In this document: in pieces, positions 52,682-62,446 of the stretch | How the letters are laid out: each line of letters begins with the position of its first letter | Numbering within the stretch: the first letter of the stretch is position 1 | Translations under genes and position numbers: made by a program | Notes under the pieces: model-generated | What the model saw: the letters and a program-made list of their open reading frames with translations, nothing else | What the model was told of the DNA's origin: nothing | The model's database searches: none | IMG/VR virus record: IMGVR_UViG_3300046003_007892 | Location: 62,001 to 126,000 of that record | DNA length: 64,000 nucleotides | Reading direction: 5' to 3' (one strand)

Positions 52682-53203
52682 TTAAGCCGGGCGGACCCAG
52701 ACCTCGGTTCCGAGACGGTGCGGGATTTCGTTGATGACCCGGCAGTTCGGCAGGGTGATCTTGTTGTTGAACGAGGGCGAGGCGTCGAGGGCGGCGATCA
52801 GGTCGCCCAGATAGACGACTTCCTTGGAGTCGAGATACCTGCGCTCGGCCGGAGTGATGATCGGGAAGGCATCCTCGATCTTGCGCGACATCGAAACCTG
52901 GAACTCGCTCGGGCTGTCATCAACCGGCAGGGGAGGCAGACCGCAGGCGGCGCGGACGGCATCCTCATAGGCCTCGGCGGCACGATTGTAGTCCTCCTGA
53001 GCCCCGGCGTAGTAGTCGATGTCTTCCCACTGGCCGGTGTAGCTGGGAATGCTGTCCTTGGCTTTTTCGAGACGACGTTCGGCGTCGTTGAGGACCGAGA
53101 CGGCGTTGGCGATCAGCATAGCGGTGGCGCGAGCCGGGCGCGGGCGACGTTCCTTCAGAATCGATTGGTACGAATCCTCGGCGACGTAAAGTCTACCAGT
53201 CAT
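52682..53203 (-). CDS. hypothetical protein with possible RNAP alpha-CTD-like C-terminus
   Basis: RYLDSKEVVYLGDL...RLGTEVWVRPA. Confidence 0.6.
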   Translation of the reverse strand: MTGRLYVAEDSYQSILKERRPRPARATAMLIANAVSVLNDAERRLEKAKDSIPSYTGQWEDIDYYAGAQEDYNRAAEAYEDAVRAACGLPPLPVDDSPSEFQVSMSRKIEDAFPIITPAERRYLDSKEVVYLGDLIAALDASPSFNNKITLPNCRVINEIPHRLGTEVWVRPA

Positions 53204-53268
53204 GACGGCTCTCCCTTGAAGCAATAACGGCTTATCGCCCCAAGGAAGAGATTTGTCAAGTAATCGAT

Positions 53269-53877
53269 TTACAGGCTCTTGAGGGCAGCCCGGTCGGTGA
53301 TGACGTGATCGACGATGCCCCAGGCCTGCGCCTCGGTGGCGGACATGAAGTTGTCGCGGTCCATGGCGGGCTCGACGACTTCCAAGGGTTGGCCGGTGTC
53401 TTCGACGACCATCTGGTTGAGCATCGCCTTCAGCTTCTGGATTTCCTTGAACTGGATTTCGATATCCGAAGCCATGCCGCGCGCGCCGCCGCTGGGCTGG
53501 TGAATCATGACGCGAGCGTTCGGCAGGCAGTAACGCTTGCCCTTGGTTCCCGACATGAGAAGCATGGCACCCATGCTGCACGCCTGCCCGGTGCAGATCG
53601 TCTGCACGTCGTTGGAGATGAAGCGGAGGGTATCGCGGATAGCGAGGCCCGCAGTGACGACACCACCCGGCGAGTTGATGTAGAGGGCGATATCCTTCTT
53701 GGAATCTTCGCTTTCCAGGAAGAGGAGTTGGGCGACGATCAGGTTGGCCATGTGGTCTTCGACTGGGCCATTCAGGAAGATGATGCGCTCGCGCAGGAGG
53801 CGAGAGAAGATATCGAAGGACCGTTCGCCACGGCTCGATTGCTCGACGACCATGGGGACGAGGGTGTTGGATGTCAT
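53269..53877 (-). CDS. clpP: ClpP protease subunit
   Basis: [25 protein letters not shown]. Confidence 0.95.
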   Translation of the reverse strand: MTSNTLVPMVVEQSSRGERSFDIFSRLLRERIIFLNGPVEDHMANLIVAQLLFLESEDSKKDIALYINSPGGVVTAGLAIRDTLRFISNDVQTICTGQACSMGAMLLMSGTKGKRYCLPNARVMIHQPSGGARGMASDIEIQFKEIQKLKAMLNQMVVEDTGQPLEVVEPAMDRDNFMSATEAQAWGIVDHVITDRAALKSL

Positions 53878-53894
53878 GTGGGAGGGTTCCGAAC

Positions 53895-54185
53895 TCAAAA
53901 ACTAAGGTTATCTTTCCACTGGATTTCCCCGTCGAGCATGCGAAACAGCATGAGATCGGCGACGTCTTCGAAGTAGACTACGGCTTTTCTGGAGAGTTGA
54001 ATGATTCCGAACCGTCCTGGAATATTTTTTGCCACCCATGCAACTAGCGGCCGGACATTATGATTCGAGTAATCGATTTCGAGTCGCTCCCATGAAGGCG
54101 GGAAAGGCCCGGACACCCACCGTTCCGCCAACATTTCGCGGGGGTAGACATCGAGTTCAGTAAAGTAGACCGGTTCAGGGGTCAT
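53895..54185 (-). CDS. hypothetical protein
   Basis: ends [15 protein letters not shown]. Confidence 0.65.
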   Translation of the reverse strand: MTPEPVYFTELDVYPREMLAERWVSGPFPPSWERLEIDYSNHNVRPLVAWVAKNIPGRFGIIQLSRKAVVYFEDVADLMLFRMLDGEIQWKDNLSF

Positions 54186-54349
54186 TCGTGCTCCGTCCAT
54201 TCAACATGCCCCAACCCATTTCGGAATGCAATTTCGTTAACCCAGATTGGGTGAAAAAAATCATATTGACCCCGATCTGCCGTGAAGCTATATATGGTGC
54301 ATAGGTCTGAATTCACAGCCCTATTTGAATACACGGGTGTAAAGCACAT

Positions 54350-55909
54350 GTGGGACGTAATCCGCTAACGAAGACCTTCGACCACCAAACCGAAGAGACT
54401 TCCATCTATCAGGCCTGGGAAACCAGTGGCGCCTTCAAGCCATCAGGCAAAGGGGAACCCTATTTCCTCCCCATGCCCCCGCCGAACATCACCGGCATTC
54501 TGCATATGGGCCACGCCCTGTTTGCAACCCTTCAGGACATCAGCACGCGATTCAACCGGATGCGGGGGCGCAATACCCTCTGGCTGCCGGGGACCGATCA
54601 CGCCGGGTTGGCCACGCAAGCCAAGCTGGACGAACTCATGATCGCTCAGGGGCTCGACCCGCAGGGACCGGAGTTCGACGCGTTCGCTGCCGACTACAAG
54701 GCCAACCTGAAGAGCACCATCACGGGTCAGCTTCGCCGTTGTGGCGCGTCTGCTGACTGGTCCAGAGAGACCTTCACGCTCGACGACGATTACAGCGCAG
54801 CCGTCATCGCCGCCATGGAGAAATGCCATGAGGCCGGGATGCTCTACCAGCGGGACGGCCAGTGGTGGCTCGACATGGAACCATTGGCGGCTGAACTCCT
54901 GTCCGAGATGGACGCGGGGAGCCTGGAGATCATTCCCTCGGGCGGTGAAGGCACGCTGCGCAACTTCCTGACCAAGATCGAGCCGTGGTGCATCAGCCGT
55001 CAAATCCGCTGGGGTCATCGTTTGCCGATCTGGAAACGGAACGGCATTCGCTCCGGCATCCAGCGCATCAACGAGTTCACGATCAGCGCGACCTGTCCGG
55101 GAGACCCCCAGGATTGGACGCAGGAAGAAGGATGTCTGGATACGTGGTTCTCTTCGGCCCTCTGGCCGTTCGCCACGCTGGGTTGGCCCAAAGACACTCC
55201 CGACATGCGGACCTTCTACCCGGCCGCCATGATCGAGACCGCCGACGACATCCTGTTCTTCTGGTGCGCCCGCATGCTCATGATGGGGCTCCTCCTGACT
55301 GACCAGATGGCCTTCAAGACAATCTTCCTGCACGGTCTCATCCGGGACAAGGACGGGCGCAAGATGGCCAAGTCCATCGGCAACGGCATCGACCCCCTAG
55401 ATATCATCGAGAAGTTCGGCTGCGACGCCATGCGGTTCGCTCTGGCCGAAGATGCCACGCCGGGCCAGGACATGCGGATGTGGGATGAAAAGTTCCAAGC
55501 CGCGAAGGGACTGCGGACCAAAATCTGGAACGCATCCCGGTATGCGATCTCGCACTGGGACCGCATCGGCCACGGTCGTCTCGCATTCCCGTCCCAGCAT
55601 CCCGATGACATCGCCATCCGGGCCCGGCTAGACGAAACCATCCAGGAAATGACTGCCATGCTAGAGGGGCTTCGCTACCACGAGGCCGCCTTCACCATTC
55701 GGCAGTTCATCTTCAATGACCTGTGCGGGACCTACATCGAGCAGACCAAGTCTCGGCTCTACGATGAGAATGACATGGCGGCCAACGCGACCCTCATGGA
55801 AACCCTCCATCAGACCCTACGTCTCCTCCACCCGTTCATGCCTTACGTCACGGAGAGGATTCGGGCAGCCTACTCGCCAGACCCCTTGATCACGACCGAC
55901 TGGGTGTAG
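54350..55909 (+). CDS. valS: valyl-tRNA synthetase, minimal (no CP1 editing domain)
   Basis: PPPNITGILHMGH, WCISRQ, LDTWFSS, KMAKS; 519 aa. Confidence 0.85.
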   Translation: MGRNPLTKTFDHQTEETSIYQAWETSGAFKPSGKGEPYFLPMPPPNITGILHMGHALFATLQDISTRFNRMRGRNTLWLPGTDHAGLATQAKLDELMIAQGLDPQGPEFDAFAADYKANLKSTITGQLRRCGASADWSRETFTLDDDYSAAVIAAMEKCHEAGMLYQRDGQWWLDMEPLAAELLSEMDAGSLEIIPSGGEGTLRNFLTKIEPWCISRQIRWGHRLPIWKRNGIRSGIQRINEFTISATCPGDPQDWTQEEGCLDTWFSSALWPFATLGWPKDTPDMRTFYPAAMIETADDILFFWCARMLMMGLLLTDQMAFKTIFLHGLIRDKDGRKMAKSIGNGIDPLDIIEKFGCDAMRFALAEDATPGQDMRMWDEKFQAAKGLRTKIWNASRYAISHWDRIGHGRLAFPSQHPDDIAIRARLDETIQEMTAMLEGLRYHEAAFTIRQFIFNDLCGTYIEQTKSRLYDENDMAANATLMETLHQTLRLLHPFMPYVTERIRAAYSPDPLITTDWV

Positions 55910-56172
55910 GGCGTTTTCCGATAGGCGGCGTTCGCGGCCCGCATGGCGTCGCGGATGCCGTTCATGCGATTTTTCGCGTAGCTGATTATGGTTCCGGTGC
56001 GGGGGCTCCACACCGCGATCTTGCCGTTGGCGAATTCGAGCACGTCGAAGCGGAAATCGTCTGAGGTTCGACGCATGATGTCGGCATCCGTTTCGACCTC
56101 GCCACTAATCCTGGCGGGGCCGAAATGGTCGTGCCAGATCGGGTTGCCGTTGCCGTCGTATCTGTCTGTCAT
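55870..56172 (-). CDS. hypothetical protein
   Basis: 100 aa, coupled. Confidence 0.6.
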   Translation of the reverse strand: MTDRYDGNGNPIWHDHFGPARISGEVETDADIMRRTSDDFRFDVLEFANGKIAVWSPRTGTIISYAKNRMNGIRDAMRAANAAYRKTPYTQSVVIKGSGE

Positions 56173-56432
56173 GCAGGAATCTCGACTTCGATGAAGTGAT
56201 CTTCGGCCTGATAGGTCCCGATTTCTACATTGCCGATCACCTTGGAGCCGCAGAAATCACCGATGGTGTAGTCGGCGCCCGATACATCGTAGATCGAGAA
56301 ACACGGATACTGCCCGCCGCTGACATCGATCTTGGCAGACTTCCACGGCCCGGTGGGCTCTCGGCCGATGGCAGATCGGGCCCGGACAGTGCTGCCGTCA
56401 ACGAGTTTGGCGAAAAACACCTTATGTTTCAT
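56169..56432 (-). CDS. hypothetical protein
   Basis: 87 aa, coupled. Confidence 0.6.
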   Translation of the reverse strand: MKHKVFFAKLVDGSTVRARSAIGREPTGPWKSAKIDVSGGQYPCFSIYDVSGADYTIGDFCGSKVIGNVEIGTYQAEDHFIEVEIPA

Positions 56433-56719
56433 CGGAGATGCTCCATCACGGTCGCGAGTTCAGGGAGGATGCGGGCCTCGGCGGCATCGTTTTCGGCCCA
56501 GGTCGTCGGATAGGAAACGTATTCAGATAGGCGAATCCGCCATCCGTTTCCTGAAACATTTTTCGGTTCCACGGTGAGGCGCGGTGCGAACAGGTTTGTG
56601 AGACGAGCGGGCGGGCCGTAGCCGGACCATATGTCGTGTGCGCCCTCAAAGCGGGGGGCGTAGTGGGAACAGATGGCCTCTACAGCGGCCACCTCCTCGG
56701 GTGTGGACGGGCGTATCAT
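56429..56719 (-). CDS. hypothetical protein
   Basis: 96 aa, coupled. Confidence 0.6.
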   Translation of the reverse strand: MIRPSTPEEVAAVEAICSHYAPRFEGAHDIWSGYGPPARLTNLFAPRLTVEPKNVSGNGWRIRLSEYVSYPTTWAENDAAEARILPELATVMEHLR

Positions 56720-58068
56720 GCGCTCCTCCAGACCGTTCCCTCGGGCTTGTCTTCTAGTACGACACCCATGCTTTCGATCTTGGCCCTCAAGCGGTCAGCC
56801 TCGGCCCAGTCCTTATTGGCCCGCGCCGAGTTGCGTTCTTGAATGAGTTCCCAAATGTCGAACATCGGCCGGGTGTCGGTCTTGCGTTGACGCCAGCGGG
56901 TCGGGTCGGACTCCAACAAGCCCATCATGTTGGCCGACCGGAGAAGCTTATCGACGCTCTCTTCGCCGCGCGAAACCCGACTGGCCAGATCGTGCAGGGC
57001 CGCCAGTGCACCGGGGGTGTTGAGATCGTCCTGAAGGGCCCCCAGAACGGATTCATCGACGTCCGGGGGTCCGGCGACCTTTCCGTTCAGAACAGCCGTG
57101 TAGAGGCCGTTCAGAGCCTTCTCCGCCTCTTCCATGCGGGCTTCGGTATAGTCGATGGCCGCTCTATAGTGGGTGGAGAGCAGGAAGTAGCGCACGACCT
57201 CGCCGTCGAGATCGCTTTTCATGAGTTCAGCCAAGGTGACGAAGTTGCCCTGGCTCTTCGACATCTTCTTGCCGTCTACGGTCAGCATGCCGTTGTGGAG
57301 CCAGTAGTTGGCCAGCGGCTCACCGTGCGCGCATTCCGACTGCGCGATCTCGTTCTCGTGGTGGGGGAATATGAGATCGGAGCCGCCGCCGTGAATGTCG
57401 ATGGTCGGGCCGAATATGCGGGCGATCATGGCCGAGCATTCGATATGCCAGCCCGGACGTCCCATTCCCCACGGCGAGGTCCAGACAGGCTCACCCGGTT
57501 CCTTGCCGGGTTTCCACAAGACGAAGTCGGCGGGGTCGCGCTTGTATGAGCCGGGCTCGACGCGGGCCCCGGCTTGGAGGCCGAGAAGGTTTTGTTTGGA
57601 GAGCTTGCCGTGTTGGGCGTGGCTCTTCACCGAGAAGAGAACGTGCCCATCCGCCACGTAGGCGTGACCCTTGTCGATCAGCGTGGTGATCATCTCGATC
57701 ATGACGCCGATATGCGTGGTCGCTCGGGGGTTCAAAGTTGGGTCGAGGTTCCCCAGCATCCGCATCACCGAATGGTAGACCTGGATGGTCTCATTGGTGA
57801 GTTCACTGATGCTGATGTTGCGCTCTTTTGCGCGCTCGATGATCTTGTCGTCGATGTCCGTGTAGTTGCGCGCGAAGAAGACGCTGTCCTCCCCATAGGT
57901 GTGGCGAAGGAGACGGAACAGGATATCGAACGCGGCGGCGGGGCGACCATTTCCCAGGTGGGGGTGGTCATAAACCGTGGGGCCGCACTGGTACACGGTC
58001 ACCCGGTTGGGGTGCAGGGGAGTGAACTCGCGTTTCTCTCCCGTCATCGTGTCGTGCAGCTTGATCAT
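56716..58068 (-). CDS. cysS: cysteinyl-tRNA synthetase
   Basis: YQCGPTVY, HLGN, GRPGWHIECS, FPHHENE, KMSKS, anticodon-binding helix. Confidence 0.95.
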   Translation of the reverse strand: MIKLHDTMTGEKREFTPLHPNRVTVYQCGPTVYDHPHLGNGRPAAAFDILFRLLRHTYGEDSVFFARNYTDIDDKIIERAKERNISISELTNETIQVYHSVMRMLGNLDPTLNPRATTHIGVMIEMITTLIDKGHAYVADGHVLFSVKSHAQHGKLSKQNLLGLQAGARVEPGSYKRDPADFVLWKPGKEPGEPVWTSPWGMGRPGWHIECSAMIARIFGPTIDIHGGGSDLIFPHHENEIAQSECAHGEPLANYWLHNGMLTVDGKKMSKSQGNFVTLAELMKSDLDGEVVRYFLLSTHYRAAIDYTEARMEEAEKALNGLYTAVLNGKVAGPPDVDESVLGALQDDLNTPGALAALHDLASRVSRGEESVDKLLRSANMMGLLESDPTRWRQRKTDTRPMFDIWELIQERNSARANKDWAEADRLRAKIESMGVVLEDKPEGTVWRSA

Positions 58069-58248
58069 CTGATCTCCAAAATACGGGTGGCCCCGGACAA
58101 CTCGACCACCCGCCGCATACTTTAATACACCCGTTGCCGCGTTGCCGCGCAGCATCCCGACCCAGCATTGAGCCGAAGACCCGGCGACGGGGCTCATTTT
58201 CACGTCCCCGTACCTTCCCACTATCATGGGAACTATTTTTTGCAAAGC

Positions 58249-58283
58249 AAAAGGGCCGGACTGGTTTCCCAATCCGACCCTTT
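58249..58283 (-). terminator. intrinsic terminator
   Basis: GGGTCGGATTGG-GAAA-CCAGTCCGGCCC-TTTT. Confidence 0.8.
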
Positions 58284-58305
58284 CTTTACGAAGAGATCGC
58301 CCCTC

Positions 58306-59589
58306 TTACTTGGTTTTCTCTTCGTAATAGCAGGTGAGGCCGAACGGAGCCTCGATGCCTTGCGTTGCCGCGTGTCCGTGGATGACGAACAGGGTATCGA
58401 CGTAGTTCTCGTCGCCGGGCGGGCACCAGTGACCGCAGGGATAGCCGTCCGTGAAGAAGACCATCCGTTCGGGCTCGATGCCCTCCTTCTTCATGAACTC
58501 CCAGTTGCACTCGAACATGGTGCCGCCGCGACCCTGCATGGGGTACTCGTCGATCTCGTCCAGGTTGGCGCCCGTGAACTCCTTCAGACCGTAGGTCTGG
58601 GTGTCGAAGGTCCAGACGAGCAGCTTGAAGTCCCGGAAGGTCTCCATGATGCCCTTGATCTCCGACAGGATGTCACGGAGCATTTCCTCGCTCATCGACC
58701 CCGAGGTGTCGATCACGCAGGCGATGTCGATGGTGTCCATGTAGTTCTGGCCGGGCAGCATGAACTGCGGGCGGCCAACCTTGCCGGTCTTCTCGTCGAG
58801 AATGCCGGTGGCCCACGTCCGACGCGACGGACGTTCGAAGGTGTAGTCGTCCTTCATGGTCGAGCGGAAGTGCGCGTCCAGAAGGGTGCGCCAGTCCAGC
58901 TTGGGCTCGACCAGTTCGTCGATCATCTGACGAACGGCGGCCGGAACGTTGCCCGCACCGGCACCCTGCGCGGCCTGAATGGTCGCCGCACGGACTTCGT
59001 TGCGGATGTTCTGGAGGTCGCGCTCGGTCAGAGACGGCGGGCCGTTCTTGCCGATCACGTTGACGTCGGTGCCGCCTTGGCCGCCACCTTCGCCGTCGCC
59101 GTCCTCGTCGGCCTCGCCGTCGAAGTCGAGGTGCTCGTCCATCGACATCTTCATCGGCGTGTTGTTCTGCTGGAGCATGTCGTAGATTTCGTAGGCGGAC
59201 AGTTCGTCCGTATACGTTTGCTCGTGCAGAATGTTCTCGGACGGCGGAACGCCAACCTTCTCCTGGATGAGGATGTAGTTGACGCTGTAGTCGATGGCCA
59301 TGCCCCACAGTTGCTTGTCGCGGTGACCGCGACGTCCCAGGTGGTCGAGGACGCAGTGCAGGACTTCGTGACCCAGAACGAACAGGAGTTCGGGCAGGCT
59401 CAGGCTCTTGATGAAATCGCGGTTGTAGTAGAGACGGCGACCATCGGTAGTGATCGAGCGGCACCAGTCGGTGGCGTCAACCAGCGTCAGGCGCGTAGCC
59501 AGATTCCCGAAGAACGGCTTCGAGAACAGGAGCTTCACGCGAGCAGCGGTGATCGCTTGAACTACCGGGTCTGAAAGATCGTATGACAT
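58306..59589 (-). CDS. metallopeptidase plus vWA domain protein (MoxR partner)
   Basis: HEVLH; IDTSGSMS; FTDG. Confidence 0.85.
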   Translation of the reverse strand: MSYDLSDPVVQAITAARVKLLFSKPFFGNLATRLTLVDATDWCRSITTDGRRLYYNRDFIKSLSLPELLFVLGHEVLHCVLDHLGRRGHRDKQLWGMAIDYSVNYILIQEKVGVPPSENILHEQTYTDELSAYEIYDMLQQNNTPMKMSMDEHLDFDGEADEDGDGEGGGQGGTDVNVIGKNGPPSLTERDLQNIRNEVRAATIQAAQGAGAGNVPAAVRQMIDELVEPKLDWRTLLDAHFRSTMKDDYTFERPSRRTWATGILDEKTGKVGRPQFMLPGQNYMDTIDIACVIDTSGSMSEEMLRDILSEIKGIMETFRDFKLLVWTFDTQTYGLKEFTGANLDEIDEYPMQGRGGTMFECNWEFMKKEGIEPERMVFFTDGYPCGHWCPPGDENYVDTLFVIHGHAATQGIEAPFGLTCYYEEKTK

Positions 59590-59648
59590 TGGACCTCGGG
59601 AAAGGGAGAAAATAGTGGGGGCGGATTCTTAGGCCCGCCCCCTGCGGA

Positions 59649-61049
59649 TTACGAGACGATCAGTCCCTTGAACTTGTCGGCGAAGGCGTCGAACGTCTTC
59701 ATCCGGCTCGTGTCGAAGGGCAGGCGGTGGACCGACAGCGCGGCCTTGGCGCCCATGATGGCGATCTCGGCCTGGAAGTTGTCCATGATGAAGGCCAGGA
59801 AGTTGTCGGCCGAGGCCAGCCACTTCGTGTACTCCTCCTTGGCCGACTCCGCCTTCTTGAAGTTCTCGCCGTGGTGACGCTTGATGTCCTCGATCTGGTC
59901 CTTCAGGCGGTAGCAGAGCGTGGTGGTCAGGGCGTAGGCCAGTTGGACCTCGACCTTTTCCATCTTCTTCAGCTTGCCGGAGAGGATTTGATCGGCGTCC
60001 GGCAGCTTGGACGCGATCTTGCGGAACTCGTTGAACTGGACGCCCGAGCCGTCGCCGACGCAGCCGATGACCAGAGCGGTCAGGATGAACTCGCCCGCCG
60101 TGGGGTTGTTCTCCAGGATTTCGGACACGAAGGTCCACGAGCGCGGGGTCTGGAAGCCACGGGCCGCCGAACCGGGGTCGAACTTGTGGAGTTGGTCCTT
60201 GAAGGCCGAGATGTAGCCGACGACTTCCGGGTGCACCATGGCGCCCAGAGCCCAGGTAATCCACTCGTCGGCGTCGGACTGGAGTTCGACGTGAACGAAG
60301 CGGTTGGCGATGGGGGTCGGCATCTTGAAGGTGACGCCCTTGTCGGTGTCCCGGTTGCCCATGGCGAGCATCAGGACGTCCTTCGGCACCTCGTATTCGC
60401 CCTGACGGCGGTCGAGGATAAGCTGGTAGGCGGCGGCCTGCACGGACGGCGGAGCGGAGTTGAACTCCTCGAAGCCCAGAACGGCCTTGGTCAGACCGGT
60501 GACGCGGTAGCGGACCTGACCGGCGACCGGGGCGCCGCTGGCGTCCTTCAGGATGACCGTGAAGCGGTCCTGAGCGACGGCGACCGACGAATCCGAGGCC
60601 TCGCCGCGAACGACGGTGACGATCTCGGCGGTGTGTTCGGGGTTGATCGCATCGACCGTGATCTTCGGGTCGGTGCAGTAGGCGATGCCGTTGATGCCGG
60701 TCGGGTTGTAGAACCGGACGTTGCGCTCACAGGCGTCGATTTCGATGACGTTGTCTTCGTCGAGGTTGCGCGGCAGGACCAGCGGGGCTGACCAGCGGAC
60801 GCCGTTGACTGAGCCTTCGACGACCGGATACGGGATGCCGCGCAGATCGGTCGGGTCCATCTGGGACAGGCGGACGTCGATGAAGGCGCGGCCCATTGAG
60901 GTGGCGACTTGCTGCGAAATCTGGGACTTCGCGATACCGGGGGGACCCCAGATGAAGGTGGAGAGTTGCGTGTTGGACATCGCAGCCAGAGCCAGAACAA
61001 GCTCTGACGGCTTCAGGACCATCACGGTGGGGTTGTCTTTCTTCGCCAT
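59649..61049 (-). CDS. MoxR-family AAA+ ATPase with internal insert
   Basis: GPPGIAKS, DVRLSQ..DLRG, EEFN, GNR, NRF. Confidence 0.85.
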   Translation of the reverse strand: MAKKDNPTVMVLKPSELVLALAAMSNTQLSTFIWGPPGIAKSQISQQVATSMGRAFIDVRLSQMDPTDLRGIPYPVVEGSVNGVRWSAPLVLPRNLDEDNVIEIDACERNVRFYNPTGINGIAYCTDPKITVDAINPEHTAEIVTVVRGEASDSSVAVAQDRFTVILKDASGAPVAGQVRYRVTGLTKAVLGFEEFNSAPPSVQAAAYQLILDRRQGEYEVPKDVLMLAMGNRDTDKGVTFKMPTPIANRFVHVELQSDADEWITWALGAMVHPEVVGYISAFKDQLHKFDPGSAARGFQTPRSWTFVSEILENNPTAGEFILTALVIGCVGDGSGVQFNEFRKIASKLPDADQILSGKLKKMEKVEVQLAYALTTTLCYRLKDQIEDIKRHHGENFKKAESAKEEYTKWLASADNFLAFIMDNFQAEIAIMGAKAALSVHRLPFDTSRMKTFDAFADKFKGLIVS

Positions 61050-61187
61050 TACTCGGTTATCCTCTAGAGGGGCAAAATGCAGGATTAAGACTGCACCTGT
61101 TGGAGGATTTCGTCAAGGCTTTTCGTTCACCTAAATCGAACTATTTTCTCCGCCTTCGCGAAAAATCTGGTTCGGGGGTGTGGCGAA

Positions 61188-61595
61188 CTATCGACCCTCC
61201 GCCTCAATAAGGGCGGAGATGTCTCCATCGACCAGCTTCAACTTCAATCCCAGCTTGGAGTCGAAACAAACGATCTCTCCGCACATGTCCACATGGTAGG
61301 GGAGAGTCGCTTTTTTGTCCAGATAAAGAAGAGCGTCGGCTGTCATTTTTCGGCCCTCTTCCGGGGCCTCGACCGTGATCGATTTGAAAAATGTTTGCAT
61401 GATTCCAAGCCCCTGGCCAGACAGGCGCAGGCCTTTGGCGGTTTTACCCCGGCCTCGAAAGTTGGTGAACATGAGGCGGGTGAGTTCCTCGTCGGTCATC
61501 CCACATAGAAATCGAGCTACCTTCGACGGCATGGAATCAGTATCGTTAACCATTTTACGAATGTGGTTCACGAGATATTGATGAACCTCGTTCAT
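61188..61595 (-). CDS. hypothetical protein
   Basis: 135 aa. Confidence 0.7.
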   Translation of the reverse strand: MNEVHQYLVNHIRKMVNDTDSMPSKVARFLCGMTDEELTRLMFTNFRGRGKTAKGLRLSGQGLGIMQTFFKSITVEAPEEGRKMTADALLYLDKKATLPYHVDMCGEIVCFDSKLGLKLKLVDGDISALIEAEGR

Positions 61596-61599
61596 CGAA

Positions 61600-61890
61600 T
61601 CAGTTCTCTTCTATCCTCTCACCGACCGTGAGGGCGAACACCGCGAACTTGTCTGTCTTGAAGAGCTTGTTGAGCTTCTCAGCCAGATTGAAGGCGTGAC
61701 CCTTGTTCGAGAACGAACTCTTCTTGTATTTCGCACTCGGGTAGTTGATCAGTGAGTTGAGGGAGCGGAGGTTTACCGGCTTTCCTTCGTAGAAAACCGC
61801 ATAGATCGCATCAGCCTTTAGAACCTGCTCAGACTTGTACGTCTTGGGGTCGGTGTAGTCTAGAAGGATACTCGGCTTGGGACGGGACAC
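61600..61890 (-). CDS. late hypothetical protein
   Basis: MSRPKP; TAAATA upstream. Confidence 0.7.
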   Translation of the reverse strand: MSRPKPSILLDYTDPKTYKSEQVLKADAIYAVFYEGKPVNLRSLNSLINYPSAKYKKSSFSNKGHAFNLAEKLNKLFKTDKFAVFALTVGERIEEN

Positions 61891-61919
61891 TGGAAAACCT
61901 CACTGTATTATACTCCTAT

Positions 61920-62252
61920 TTATCTAAGGAGCAGCGAGGCGAGGTGATCGGTCTTCTCTATCGGGACAGATGCCGATTCGACCCGATCAATTTTCAGGAG
62001 GGTCTGGTGGCTGAGATAAAACGAGATGCAGTCCGTGTGGGTCTCGAAGTTGACGGTGAAAATCAGGAAAGCGTCATCGGCCACGGAGATGACGTCAATG
62101 TCCTTGAACTGATACCACAAGGTCTGCCCGCGATACCTAGAGCGTACTTCGCAGAAATCTTTCACGCTGCCGGTCATATAGAACCGGTAGGCAAACGGTT
62201 CTCCGGTCTCGAACTTCACTGGCCGACCATCTTGATGTGGCTGATTCGACAT
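61920..62252 (-). CDS. hypothetical protein
   Basis: 110 aa. Confidence 0.6.
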   Translation of the reverse strand: MSNQPHQDGRPVKFETGEPFAYRFYMTGSVKDFCEVRSRYRGQTLWYQFKDIDVISVADDAFLIFTVNFETHTDCISFYLSHQTLLKIDRVESASVPIEKTDHLASLLLR

Positions 62253-62446
62253 TCGGCGGCGTGACGGAGGAAGAACTCGACGGCGGCAGCCTCGCTCTCG
62301 AACTCTTTGTTCACGACGAAATAAATCGTGCTGTCTTCCTCTACAATGGTTCCCTTGGTGAGACCAGTGGTGACGAGGACATCGACATCCCCGGTGAGAA
62401 ACATGTCCTTCAACGGTCGCAAAAAGAACCGATACCGGTAGGCCAT
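62216..62446 (-). CDS. hypothetical protein
   Basis: MAYRYRFF, TGATG coupling. Confidence 0.6.
   Translation of the reverse strand: MAYRYRFFLRPLKDMFLTGDVDVLVTTGLTKGTIVEEDSTIYFVVNKEFESEAAAVEFFLRHAAECRISHIKMVGQ

Noticed and set aside
54294-54368. Val-codon uORF before valS
   Set aside because: Its ATG overlaps the predicted -10 box, so it would not be on that transcript
59990-60790. Intein in the MoxR insert
   Set aside because: No C/S N-terminal or HN-C/S/T C-terminal splice motifs at plausible boundaries
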